Assembly: GCF_006345805.1 (NCBI RefSeq)
Contig: NC_043025.1
Span: forward strand, 16,998,405 to 17,062,404
Origin: Octopus sinensis
Lineage: Eukaryota
DNA length: 64,000 nt
Direction of reading: 5' to 3'
The translations under genes and the position numbers were made by a program. Of this stretch, positions 1 through 12,500 are shown in pieces. The notes beneath the pieces are model-generated. The model ran no database searches. It was given only the letters and a program-made list of their open reading frames with translations, and was not told the origin of the DNA. Each line of letters starts with the position of its first letter. The first letter of the stretch is position 1.

Positions 1-3000
1 TATGTACTTGAAAAACAAGAAAAAATTCGTGATCTGTTAGGTAAATATAAGTAACTGAGTGATAATAAGCTTATATTTAACCAAGTGATCACTAAATTCT
101 CAAAAGTTTTCAGGTTAGAAAATGTCAAAATATTTCAAATGTGTACTTGAACAACAAAAAAAAATTTTGTGAGCTGTTAGGTAAATATAAATTAACTGAG
201 TTATAATAAGCTTATATTTATCCAAGAGATCACTAAATTCTCAAAAGTTTTTAGGTTAGAAAATGTCAAAATATTTCAAATGTGTACTTGGAAAAGAAAA
301 AAAAAATTTGTAATCTGTTAGGTAAATATAAGTTACCTGAGTGATTATAAGCTTATATTTATCCAACAGATCACTAAATTCTCAAAAGTTTTCAGGTTAG
401 AAAATTTCAAAAAATTTCAAATGTGTACTTGAAAAACAAAAAAAAATTTGTGATCTGTTAGGTAAATATAAGTTAACTCAGTGATAATAAGCTTATATTT
501 ATCCAAGAGATCACTAAATTCCCAAAAGATTTCATGTTAGAAAATGTCAAAATATTTCAAATGTGTACTTCAAAGACAAAAAAAAATTTTGTTATCTGTA
601 AGGTAAATATAAATTAACTCAGTGATAATAAGATTATATTTATCCAAGAGATCACTAAATTCTCAAAAGTTTTCACGTTAGAAAATGTCAAAATATTTCA
701 AATGTGTACTTGAAAAACAAAAAAAAATTTTGTTGTCTGATAGGTAATTATAAGCTATATGAGTGACAATAAGCTTATATTTATTCAAGAGATCACTAAA
801 TTCTCAAAAGTTTTCAGGTTAGAAAATGTCAAAATATTTCAAATGTGTACTTAAAATCGAAAAAGAAATTTTGTTGTCTGATAGGTAATTATAAGCTATA
901 TGAGTGATAATAAGCTTATATTTATCCAAGAGATCACTAAATTCTCAAAAGTTTTCAGGTTAGAAAATGTCAAAATATTTCAAACCAGTACTTGAAAAAC
1001 AAAAAAAAATTTTGTGAGCTGTTAGGTAAATATAAATTAACTGAGTCATAATAAGCAAATATTTATCCAAGAGATCACAAAATTCTCAAAACTTTTTAGG
1101 TTAGAAAATGTCAAAATATTTCAAATGTGTACTTGAAATAGAAAAAAAAAATTCGTGATCCTTTAGATAAATTTATGTTAACTGTGTGATACAAAACATA
1201 TATCTATAAAAAATTTTATCAAAGAGATCGCTAAATTCTCAAAAGTTTTCAGGTTAGAAAATGTCAAAATATTTCAAATGTGTACTTGAAAAACAAAAAA
1301 AAATTTGTGATCTGTTAGGTATATATAAGTTAACTAAGTGAAAATAAGCTTATATTTATCTAAGAGATCACAAAATTCTCAAAAGTTTTCTGGTTTGACA
1401 ATAACAAAATATTTCAAATGTGTACTTGAAAAACAAAAAAAAATTTTGTGATCTCTTAGGTAAATATAAATTAACTGAGTGATAATAAGCTTATATTTAT
1501 CCAAGAGATCAAGGAATTCTCAAAAGTTTTCAGGTAAGAAAATGTCAAAATATTTCAAATGTGTACTTGAAAAACAACAAAAAATTTTCTGATCTGTTAG
1601 GGAATATAAATTAACCGAGTTATAATAATCTTATATTTATCCAAGAGATCACAAAATTCTCAAATAATTAAGGTTAGAAAATGTCAAAATATTTCAAGTG
1701 TGTACTTGAAATACAACAAAAGTTTTGTGATCTGTTAGGTAAATATAAATTAACTGAGTTATAATAAGCTTATATTTATCCAAGAGATCACTAAATTCTC
1801 TAAAGTTTCATGTTAGAAAATGTCAAAATATTTCAAATGTGTACTTGAAAAACAACAGAAATTTTGTGATCTGTTAGGTAAATATAAATTACTGAGTGAT
1901 AATATTCTTATATTTATCTAAGAGAACACTAAATTCTCACAGGTTTCAGGTTAGAAAATGTCAAAATATTTCAAATGTGTACTTGAAAAACAAAAAAAAA
2001 TTTTGTGATCTTTTGGGTAAATATAAGTTAACTGAGTGATTATAAGCTTAAATTTATCCAAGAGATCACGAAATTCTCAAAAGTTTTCAGGTTAGAAAAT
2101 GTCAAAATATTTCAAATGTGTACTTGAAAAACAAAAAAATTTTGTGATGTGCTAGGTAAATGTAAGTTAATTGAGTGAAAATAAGCTTATATTTATGCAA
2201 GAGATCACTAAATTCTCAAATTTTTCAGGTTAGAAAATGTCAAAATATTTCAAATGTGTATTTGAAAAACAAAAAAAAATTTCGTGATCTGTGAGGTAAA
2301 TATAAGCTATATGAGTGATAATATGCTTATATTTATCCAAGAGATAACGAAATTCTCAAAAGTTTTCTTGTTAGAAAATGTCAAAATATTTCAAATGTGT
2401 CTTTGAAAAACAAAAAAAAATTTTGTGATCTGTTAGGTAAATATGTTAACTGAGTGATAATAAGTTTATATTTATCCAAGAGATCACTAAATTATCAAAA
2501 GTCTTCAGGCTAGAAAATGTCAAAATATTTCAAATGTGTACTTGAAAAAGAAAAGAAAAATTTCATCAAAGAGATCGCTAAATTCTCAAAGGTTTTCAGG
2601 TTAGAAAATGTCAAAATATTTCAAATGTGTACTTGAAAAAGAAAAAAAAATTTTGTGAGCTGTTAGGTAAATATAAGTTAACTGAGTGATAATAAGCTTA
2701 TATTTATCTAAGAGATCACAAAATTCTCAAAAGTTTTCATGTTAGAAAATGTCAAAATATTTCAAATGTGTACTTGAAAAACTTATATTTATCCAACAGA
2801 TCACTGATTTCTCAAAAGATTTCAGGTTAGAAAATGTCAAAATATTTCAAATATGTACTTGAAAAACAAGAAAAAATTTCGTGATCTGTTAGGTACATAT
2901 AAGTTCACCGAGTGATAATAATCACATATTTATCCAAGAGATCACTAATTTCTCAAATGTTTTCAGGTTACAAAATGTCAAAATATTTCAAATGTGTACT

Positions 3001-6000
3001 TGAAAAACAAAAATAAATTTTATGAGCTGTTAGGTAAATATGTTAACTGAGTGGTAATAAGTTTATATTTATCAAAGAGATCACTAACTTATCAAAAGTC
3101 TTCAGGCTAGAAAATGTCAAATTATTTCAAATATGTACTTGAAAAATAAAAAAAAAATTTTATCAAAGCGATCGTTAAATTCTAAAAAGTTTTCAGGTTA
3201 GAAAAACAAAAAAAAATTTTGTGATCTGTTAGGTAAATATAAGTTAACTGAGTGATAATAACCTAATATTTATCCAAGAGATAACTAAATTCTCAAAAGA
3301 TTTCTTGTTATAAAAAGGTCAAAATATTTCAAATGTGTCCTTGAAAAACAAAAAAACATTTTCTGATCTTTTGGATAAATATAAGTTAACTGATTGATAA
3401 TACGCTTATATTTATCCAATACATCACTAAATTCTCGACAGTTTTCAGGCTAGAAAATGTCAAAATATTTCAAATGTGTGCTTGAAAGTCAAAAAAAAAA
3501 TTTTATCCAAGTGATCGCTAAATTCTCAAAAGTTTTCAGGTTAGAAAATGTCAAAATATTTCAAATGTGTACTTGAAAAAGAAAAAAAAATTTTGTGAGC
3601 TGTTAGGTAAATATAAATTAACTGAGTTATAATAACCTTATATTTATCCAAGAGATTACAAAATTCTCAAAAGTTTTCAGGTTAGAAAATGTCAAAATAT
3701 TTCAAATGTGTACTTGAAAAACAAAAAAAAATTTTGTGATCTGTTAGGTAAATATAAGCTATATGAGTGATAATAAGCTGATATTTATCCAAGAGATCAC
3801 TAAATTCTGAAAAGTTTTCTGGTTAGAAAATGTCAAAATATTTCAAATGTGTCCTTGATAAACCAAAAGAAATTTTTTGATCTGTTAGATAAATATAAGT
3901 TAACTGAGTGGTAATAAGCTTATATTTATCCAAGAGATCACTAAATTCTCAAAAGTTTTCAGGTTAGAAAATGTCAAAATATTTCAAATGTGTACTTGAA
4001 AAACAAAAAAAAATTTTTTGATCTGTTAGGTAAATATAAGCTATATGAGTGATTATAAGCTTATATTAATCCAAGAGATCACTAAATTCTCAAAAGTTTT
4101 CTGGTTTGACAATAACAAATAATTTCAAATGTGTACTTGAAAAACAAAAAAAAAATTTGTGATCTCTTAGGTAAATATAAATTAACTGAGTGATAATAAG
4201 CTTCTATTTATCCAAGAGATCACGAAATTCTCAAAAGTTTCAGGTAAGAAAATGTCAAAATATTTCAAATGTGTACTTGAAAAACAAAAAAAAATTTTGT
4301 GATGTGCTAGGTAAATGTAAGTTAACTGAGTGAAAATAAGCTTATATTTATCCAAGAGATCACTAAATTCTCAAAAGTTTTCAGGTTAGAAAATGTCAAA
4401 ATATTCAAATGTGTACTTGAAAAAAAACAAAAATTTTGTGATCTGTTAGGTAAATATAAATTAACCGAGTTATAATAATCTTATATTTTTTCCAAGAGAT
4501 CACAAAATTCTCAAATATTTCAGGTTAGAAAATGTCAAAATATTTCCAATGTGTACTTGAAAAACAACAAAAATTTTGTGATCTGTTAGGTAAATATAAA
4601 TTACTGAGTGATAATAACCTTATATTATCTAAGAGATTACTAAATTCTCAAAGGTTTCAGGTTAGAAAATGTCAAAATATTTCAAATGTGTACTTGAAAA
4701 ACAACAAAACTTTGTGATCTTTACGTTAAATATAAATTACTGCGTGATAATAACATTATATTTATCTAAGAGATTACTTAATTCTCAAAGGTTTCAGGTT
4801 AGAAAATGTCAAAATATTTCAAATGTGTACTTTGAAAAGAAAAAAATATTTTGTGATCTTTTAGGTAAATATAAGTTAACTGAGTGATAATAAGCTTATA
4901 TTTATCCAAGAGATCACTAAATTCTCAAAAGGTTCAGGTTCGAAAATGTCAAAATATTTCAAATGTGTACTTGAAAAACAACAAAACTTTGTGATCTTTA
5001 CGTTAAATATAAATTACTGCGTGATAATAACCTTATATTTATCTAAGAGATTACTTAATTCTCAAAGGTTTCAGGTTAGAAAATGTCAAAATATTTCAAA
5101 TGTGTACTTTGAAAAAAAAAAATATTTTGTTATCTTTTAGGTAAATATAAGTTAACTGAGTGATAATAAGCTTATATTTAACCAAGAGATCACTAAATAC
5201 TCAAAAGTTTTCAGGTTAGAAAATGTCAAATTATTTCAAATGTGTACTTGAAAAACAACAAAAAATTTTGTGATCTGTTAGGTAAATATAAATTAACCGA
5301 GTTATTATAATCTTATATTTATACAAGAGATCACTAAATTATCAAAATTTTTCAGGTTAGAAAATGTCAAAATATTTCAAATGTGTACATGAAAAACAAT
5401 AAAAATTTTGTGATCTGTTAGGTAAATATAAATTAACTGAGTTATAATAAGCTTATATTTATCCAAAAGATCACGAAATTCTCAAAAGTTTCAGGTAAGA
5501 AAATGTCAAAATATTTCAAATGTGTACTTGAAAAACAAAAAAAAATTTTGTGATGTGCTAGGTAAATGTAAGTTAACTGAGTGAAAATAAGCTTATATTT
5601 ATCCAAGAGATCACTAAATTCTCAAAAGTTTTCAGGTTAGAAAATGTCAAAATATTTCAAATGTGTACTTGAAAAACAACAAAAATTTTGTGATCTGTTA
5701 GGTAAATATAAATTAACCGAGTTATAATAATCTTATATTTATCCAAGAGATCACAAAATTCTCAAATATTCAGGTTAGAAAATGTCAAAATATTTCAAGT
5801 TTGTACTTGAAAAACAACAAACTTTTGTGATCTGTTAGGTAAATATAAATTAACTGAGTTATAATAAGCTTATATTAATCCAAGAGATCACTAAATTCTC
5901 AAAAGTTTTCAGTTAGAAAATGTCAAAATATTCAAATGTGTACTTGAAAAACAAAAAAAATTTTTTTGATCTGTTAGGTAAATATAAGCTATATGAGTGA

Positions 6001-9000
6001 TAATAAGCTTATATTAATCCAAGAGATCACTAAATTCTCAAAAGTTTTCTGGTTTGACAAGAACAAAAAATTTCAAATATGTACTTGAAAAACAAAAAAA
6101 ATTTTGTGATCTCTTAGGTAAATATAAATTAACTGAGTGATAATAAGCTTATATTTATCCAAGAGATGACGAAATTCGCAAAAGTTTCAGGTAAGAAAAT
6201 GTCAAAATATTTCAAATGTGTACTTGAAAAACAAAAAAAAATTTTGTGATGTACTAGGTAAATGTAAGTTAACTGAGTGAAAATAATCTTATATTTATCC
6301 AAGAGATCACTAAATTCTCAAAAGTTTTCAGGTTAGAAAATGTCAAAATATTTCAAATGTGTACATGAAAAACAACAAAAAATTTTATGATCTGTTAGGT
6401 AAATATAAATTAACCGAGTTATAATAATCTTATATTTTTCCAAGAGATCACAAAATTCTCAAATATTTCAGGTTAGAAAATGTCAAAATATTTCAAGTTT
6501 GTACTTGAAAAACAACAAAAATTTTGTGATCTGTTAGGTAAATATAAATTAACTGAGTTATAATAAGCTTGTATTTATCCAAGAGATCAGTAAATTCTCA
6601 AAAGTTTTCAGGTTAGAAAATGTCAATATATTTCAAATGTGTACTTGAAAAACAAAAAAAAAATTTGTGATGTGCTAGGTAAATGTAAGTTAACTAAGTG
6701 AAAATAAGCTTATATTTATGCAAGAGATCACTAAATTCTCAAAATTGTTTCGGGTTAGAAAATGTCAAAATATTTCAAATGTGTACTTGAAAAAGAAAAA
6801 AAAATTTTGTGATCTGTTATGTAAATATAAATTAACCGAGTTATAATAATCTTATAGTTATCCAAGAGATCACTAAGTTCTCAAAAGTTTTCAGGTTAGA
6901 TAATGTCAAAATATTTCAAATGTGTACTTGAAAAACAACAAATATTTTGTGATCTGTTAGGTAAATAAAAATTAACTGAGTTATAATAAGCTTATATTTA
7001 TCCAAGAGATCACTAAATTCTCAAAAGTTTCAGGTTAGAAAATGTCAAAATATTTCAAATGTGTACTTGAAAAACAACAAAAAATTTTCTGATCTTTTAG
7101 GTAAATATAAGTTAACTGAGTGATAATAAGCTTATATTTAATCAAGAGATCACTAAATTCTCAAATGTTTTCAGGTTAGAAAATGTACTTGAAAAAGCTT
7201 ATATTTATGCAAGAGATCACTAAATTCTCAAAATTTTTCAGGTTAGAAAATGTCAAAATATTTCAAATGTGTACTTGAAAAACAACAAAAATTTTGTGAT
7301 CTGTTAGGTAAATATGTTAACTGAGTGATAATACGTTTATCTTTATCCAAGAGATCACTAAATTATCAAAAATCTTCAGGCTACAAAATGTCAAAATATT
7401 TCAAATATGTACTTGAAAAAAAAAAAAAAAATTTTATCGAAGATATCGTTAAATTCTCAAAAGTTTTCAGGTTAGAAAATGTCAAAATATTTCAAATGTC
7501 TACTTGAAAAAAAAAAAAAATTTTGTGAGCTGTTAGGTAAATGAAAATTAACTGATTTATAATAAGCTTATATTTATCCAAGAGATCACTAAATTCTCAA
7601 AAGTTTTTAGGTTAGAAAATGTCAAAAATTTCAAATATGTACTTTAAAAACAAAAAAAAAATTTCGTGATCTGTTAGTTAAATATAAGTTAACTAAGTGA
7701 TAATTAACTTATATTTATCCAAGAGATCACTAAATTCTCAATTTTTTCAGATTAGAAAATGTCAAAATATTTCAAATGTGTTCTTGAAAAACAAAAAAAA
7801 ATGTTGTTGTCTGTTATGTAAATATAAGTTAACTGAGTGATAATTAGCTTATATTTATCGAAGAGATCATTAAATTCTCAAAAGTTTTCAGATTAGAAAG
7901 TGTCAAAATATTTCAATATGTATTTGAAAAATAAAAAAAAATTTGATTAACTGTTAGGTAATATAAGTTAAATGAGTAGTAATAAGCTTATATTTATCCA
8001 AGAGATCACTAAATTCTCAAAAGTTTTTAGGTTAGGAAATGTCAAAATATTTCAAATGTGTTCTTGAAAAACAACAAAAAAATTTGGTGATCTGTTAGGT
8101 AAATATAAGTTAAGTGAATAATAAGAGCTTATATTTATCCAAGAGATCACTAAATTCTCAAAAGTTTCAGGCTAGAAAATGTCAAAATAATTCAATTGTG
8201 TACTTGAAAAACAACAAAAATTTTGTGATCTGTTATGTAAATATAAATTAACCGAGTGATAAGCTTATATTTGTCCAAGAGATCACTAAATTCTGAAAAG
8301 TTTTTAGGTTAGAAAATTTCAAAATATTTCATATGTGTACTTGAAAAACAACAAAAAATTTTGTGATCTGTTAAATAAATATAAATTATTGAGTGATAAT
8401 GACCTTATATTTATCCAAGAGATCACTAAATTGTCAAAGGTTTCAGGTTAGAAAATGTTAAAATATTTCAAATGTGTATTTGAAAAACAAAAAAAATTTT
8501 GTGATCTGTTAGGTAAATATAAGTCAACTGAGTGATAATAAGCTAATATTTATCCGAGAGATCACTAAATACTCAAAAGTTTTCAGGTTAGAAAATGTCA
8601 AAATATTTCAAATGTGTACTTGAAAAACAAAAAAAATTTTGTGATTTGCTATGTCAATATAAATTAACCGAGTGATAATAAGCTTATATTTATCCAAGAG
8701 ATCACTAAATTCTAAAAGGTTTCAGGTTAGAAAATGTCAAAATATTTCAAATGTGTTCTTGAAAAACAACAAAAATTTTGTGATCTGTTAGGTAAATATA
8801 AAATACTGAGTGATAATGAGCATATATTTATCCAAGAGATCACTAAATTCTAAAAGTTTCAGGTTAGAAAAGGTTAAAATATTTCAAATGTGTAGTTGAA
8901 AAACAAAAAAAATTTGTGTACTGTTAAGTAAAATATAAGTTAACTGCTTGATTATAACCTTATATTTATCAAAGAGATAACTAAATTCTAAAAATTTTCA

Positions 9001-9197
9001 GGTTAGAAAATGTCAAAATATTTCAAATGTGTACTTGAAAAACAAAGAAAAATTTTGTGATCTGTTAGGTTAATATAAGCTATATGAGTGATAAAAAGCT
9101 TATATTCATCCAAGAGGTACCTAAATTCTCAAAAGTTTCCAGGCAAGAAAATGTGAAAATATTTCAAATGTGTACTTGAAAAACAACAAAAAATTTT
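1..9197 (+). repeat. Sat141 tandem satellite, forward domain 1 (~66 monomers, mostly variant A 'ttaactgag')
   Basis: Continuous head-to-tail copies of consensus gtgtacttgaaaaacaaaaaaaaattttgtgatctgttaggtaaatataagttaactgagtgataataagcttatatttatccaagagatcactaaattctcaaaagttttcaggttagaaaatgtcaaaatatttcaaat (141 nt counted). Strand label is arbitrary; this orientation is defined as +. Confidence 0.97.
4669..5200 (+). repeat. Local 277-bp (2-monomer) tandem duplication within Sat141
   Basis: Rare variant tttacgttaaatataaattactgcgtgataataac occurs at ~4719 and ~4997. The near-identical ORFs starting at 4669 and 4946 are 277 bp apart. Confidence 0.85.
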
Positions 9198-9599
9198 GTG
9201 ATCTCTTGGATAAATAAAAGCTTATTAGCACTCTGTTAAATTATATTAACTTAACAGATCACAAAAGTTTTTGTTGTTTTTCAAGTATACAATTGAAATA
9301 TTTTGACATTTTCTAACCTGAAAACGTTTGAAAAATTAGTGGTCTCTTGGATAAATATAAGCTTATTATAACTCAGTTAACATATATTAACCTAAAAGAT
9401 CACTTAATTTATTGATTTTTTTAAAGTACACATTTGAAATATTTTGACATTTTCTAACCTGAAAACTTTTGAGAATTTAGTGATCACTTGGATAAATATA
9501 AGCTTATTATCACTCAATTTATATTACCGAACAAATCACAAATTTTTTTTGTTTTTCAAGTACACATTGAAATATTTTGACATTTTCTAACCTGAAAAC

Positions 9600-12500
9600 T
9601 TTTGAGAATTTAGTGATCTCTTGGATAAATATAAGCTTAATATCACTGAGTTAATTTATATTTACCTAACAGTTCACACACTTTTTTGTTGTTTTTCAAG
9701 TACACATTTGAAATATTTTGACATTTTCTAACCTGAAAACATTTGAGAATTTAGTGATCTCTTGGATAAATATAAGCTTATTATCACTCAGTTACCTTAT
9801 GTTTACCTAACAGATCACAAATTTTTTTTTTGTATTTCAAGTAAACATTTGAAATATTTTGACATTTTCTAACCTGATAACTTTTGAGAATTTAGTAATC
9901 TCTTGGATAAAAATAAGCTTATTATCAATCATATAACTTATATATACCTACCAGATCACAAAATCTTTTTTTTTTTTTGTTTTTCAAGTAAACATACGAA
10001 ATATTTTGACATTTTCTAACCTGAAAACTTTTGAGAATTTACTGATCACTTTGATAAATATAAACCTATTCTCACTCAGTTAATATATTTTTACTGAACA
10101 GATCACAATACTTTTTGTTGTTTTTCAAATACACATTTGAAATATATTGACATTTTCTAACCTAACAATTTCTAGAATTTAGTATCTCTTGTATAAATAT
10201 ACGCATATTATCACTCAGATAACTTATATTTACCTAACAGATCACAAACATTTTTGTTGTTTCTCAAGTACACATTTGAAATATTTTGACATTTTCTAAC
10301 CTGAAAACTAATGAGAATTTCGTGATCACTTTGATAAATGTATGCTTATTATCACTCAGTTAATTTATATTTACCTAACAGATTTCAAAATTTTTTGTTG
10401 TGTTTTCAAGTACTTACTTGACATATTTTGACAATTTCTAACCTGAAAACTTTTGAGATTTAGTGATATTTTGGATAAATAGAAGCTTATCATCACTGAG
10501 TTAATTTGACTTACCTAAAAGATCACAAAATTTTTTGTTGTTTTTCAAGTACACATTTGAGATTTTTTGACATTTTCTAACCTGAAAACTTTTGAAAATT
10601 TAGTGATATCGTGGATAAATATACCCATATTATCCCTCAGATACTATATTTACTAACAGATCACAAAATCTTTTGTTGTTTCTCAAGTACACAGTTGAAA
10701 TGTTTTGACATTTTCTAACCTGAAGATTTTGAGAATTTACTGAACACTTGGATAAAAATAAGATTTTTATCACTCAGTTAATATATTTACCTAACAGATT
10801 TAAATTTTTTTTTTTTTTCAAGTACACATTTGAAATATTTTGACATTTTCGAACCTGAAAACTTTTCAGAATTTAGTGATCTTGGATAAATATAGGCTTA
10901 TTATCACTCAGTAATTTATATTTACCTAACAGATCACAAAATTTATTATTGTTTCTCAAGTACACATTTGAAATATTTTGACATTTTCTAACCTGAAAAC
11001 TTTTCAGAATTTGAGTGAACTCTTGGATAAAAATAAGTTTATTATTACTCAGTTAATTTATATTTACCCAAGAGATTTCAAAATTTTTTGTTGTTTCTCA
11101 AGTACACTTTTGAAATATTTTGACATTTTCTAACTTGAAAACTTTTGAGAATTTAGTGATCTCTTGGATAAATCTAAGCTTATTATCACTCAGTTAATTT
11201 TAATTTACACCGAACAGGTCAAAAAATTTTTTGTTGTTTTTCAAGTACACATTTGAAATATGTTGACATATTCTCACCTGAAAACTTTTCAGACTTTAGT
11301 GATCTCTTGGATAAATATAAGCTTATTATCACTTAGTTAAATTATATTTACCGAAGACAACAAAATTTTTTGTGGTTTTTCCAGTACACATTTGAAATAT
11401 TTTGACATTTTTCTCTGAAAACTTTTGAGAACTTAGTGTTGTCTGGAAATTATACGCATATTATCACTCAGTTAACATATATTTACCTAAAAGATCACGT
11501 GATTTTTTTTTATTTTTCAAGTACACATTTGAAATATTTTGACATTTTCTAACCTAAAAACTTTTGAGAATTTTGTGATCTGTTGGATAATATAAGCTTA
11601 TAATCACTCATTTAACTTATATTTACCTAACAGATCACAAAATATTTTGTGTTTTCAAGTACACATTTGAAATATTTTGACATTTTCTAATCTGAAAACT
11701 TTTGAGAATTTAGTGATCTCTTGGATAAATATAAGCTTATTATCACTCAGTTAACTTTTATTTACCTAACTGATCACAAAATTTTTTGTTGTTTTTCAAG
11801 TACATATTTGAAATAATTTGACATTTTCTAACCTGAAAACGTTGAGAATTAGTGATGTCTTGGATAATGATACGCATATTATCACTCAGTTAACTTATAT
11901 TTACCTAACAGATCACAAAATATTTTGTTGTTTTTCAAGTACACATTTGAATATTTTGACATATTCTAACCTGAAAACTTTTGAGAATCTAGTGATCTCT
12001 TGGATAAATATAAGCTCATTATATTACCTAACATATCACAAAATTTTTTGTTGATTTCAAGTACAAATTTGAAAATTTTGACATTTCTAACCTGAAAAAT
12101 TTGAGAATTTACTGAACTCTTGGATAAAAATAAGATTTTTTCAGTCAGTTATTTATATTTACCTAACAGATTTCAAAATTTTTTTTGTTTTTCAAGTACA
12201 CATTTGAAATATTTTGACATTTTCTAACCTGAAAACTTTTGAGAATTTAGTGATCTCTTGGATAAATATAAGCTTAATATCACTGAGTTAATTTATATTA
12301 CCTAACAGTTCACACACTTTTTTGTTGTTTTTCAAGTACACATTGAAATATTTTGACATTTTCTAACCTGAAAACATTGAGAATTTAGTGATTCTTGGAT
12401 AAATATAAGCTTATTATCACTCAGTTACCTTATGTTTACCTAACAGATCACAAATTTTTTTTTCTATTTCAAGTAAACATTTGAAATATTTTGACATTTT

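Noticed and set aside
4532-5140. Three ORFs of 61-72 aa (MSKYF...)
   Set aside because: They are chance read-throughs of Sat141 opened by indels. The same peptides recur wherever the repeat occurs, and no domain is recognisable.
7325-12054. ORFs 7325..7507 and 11818..12054
   Set aside because: Both are translations of satellite monomers (forward and reverse), low in complexity and with no coding signature.
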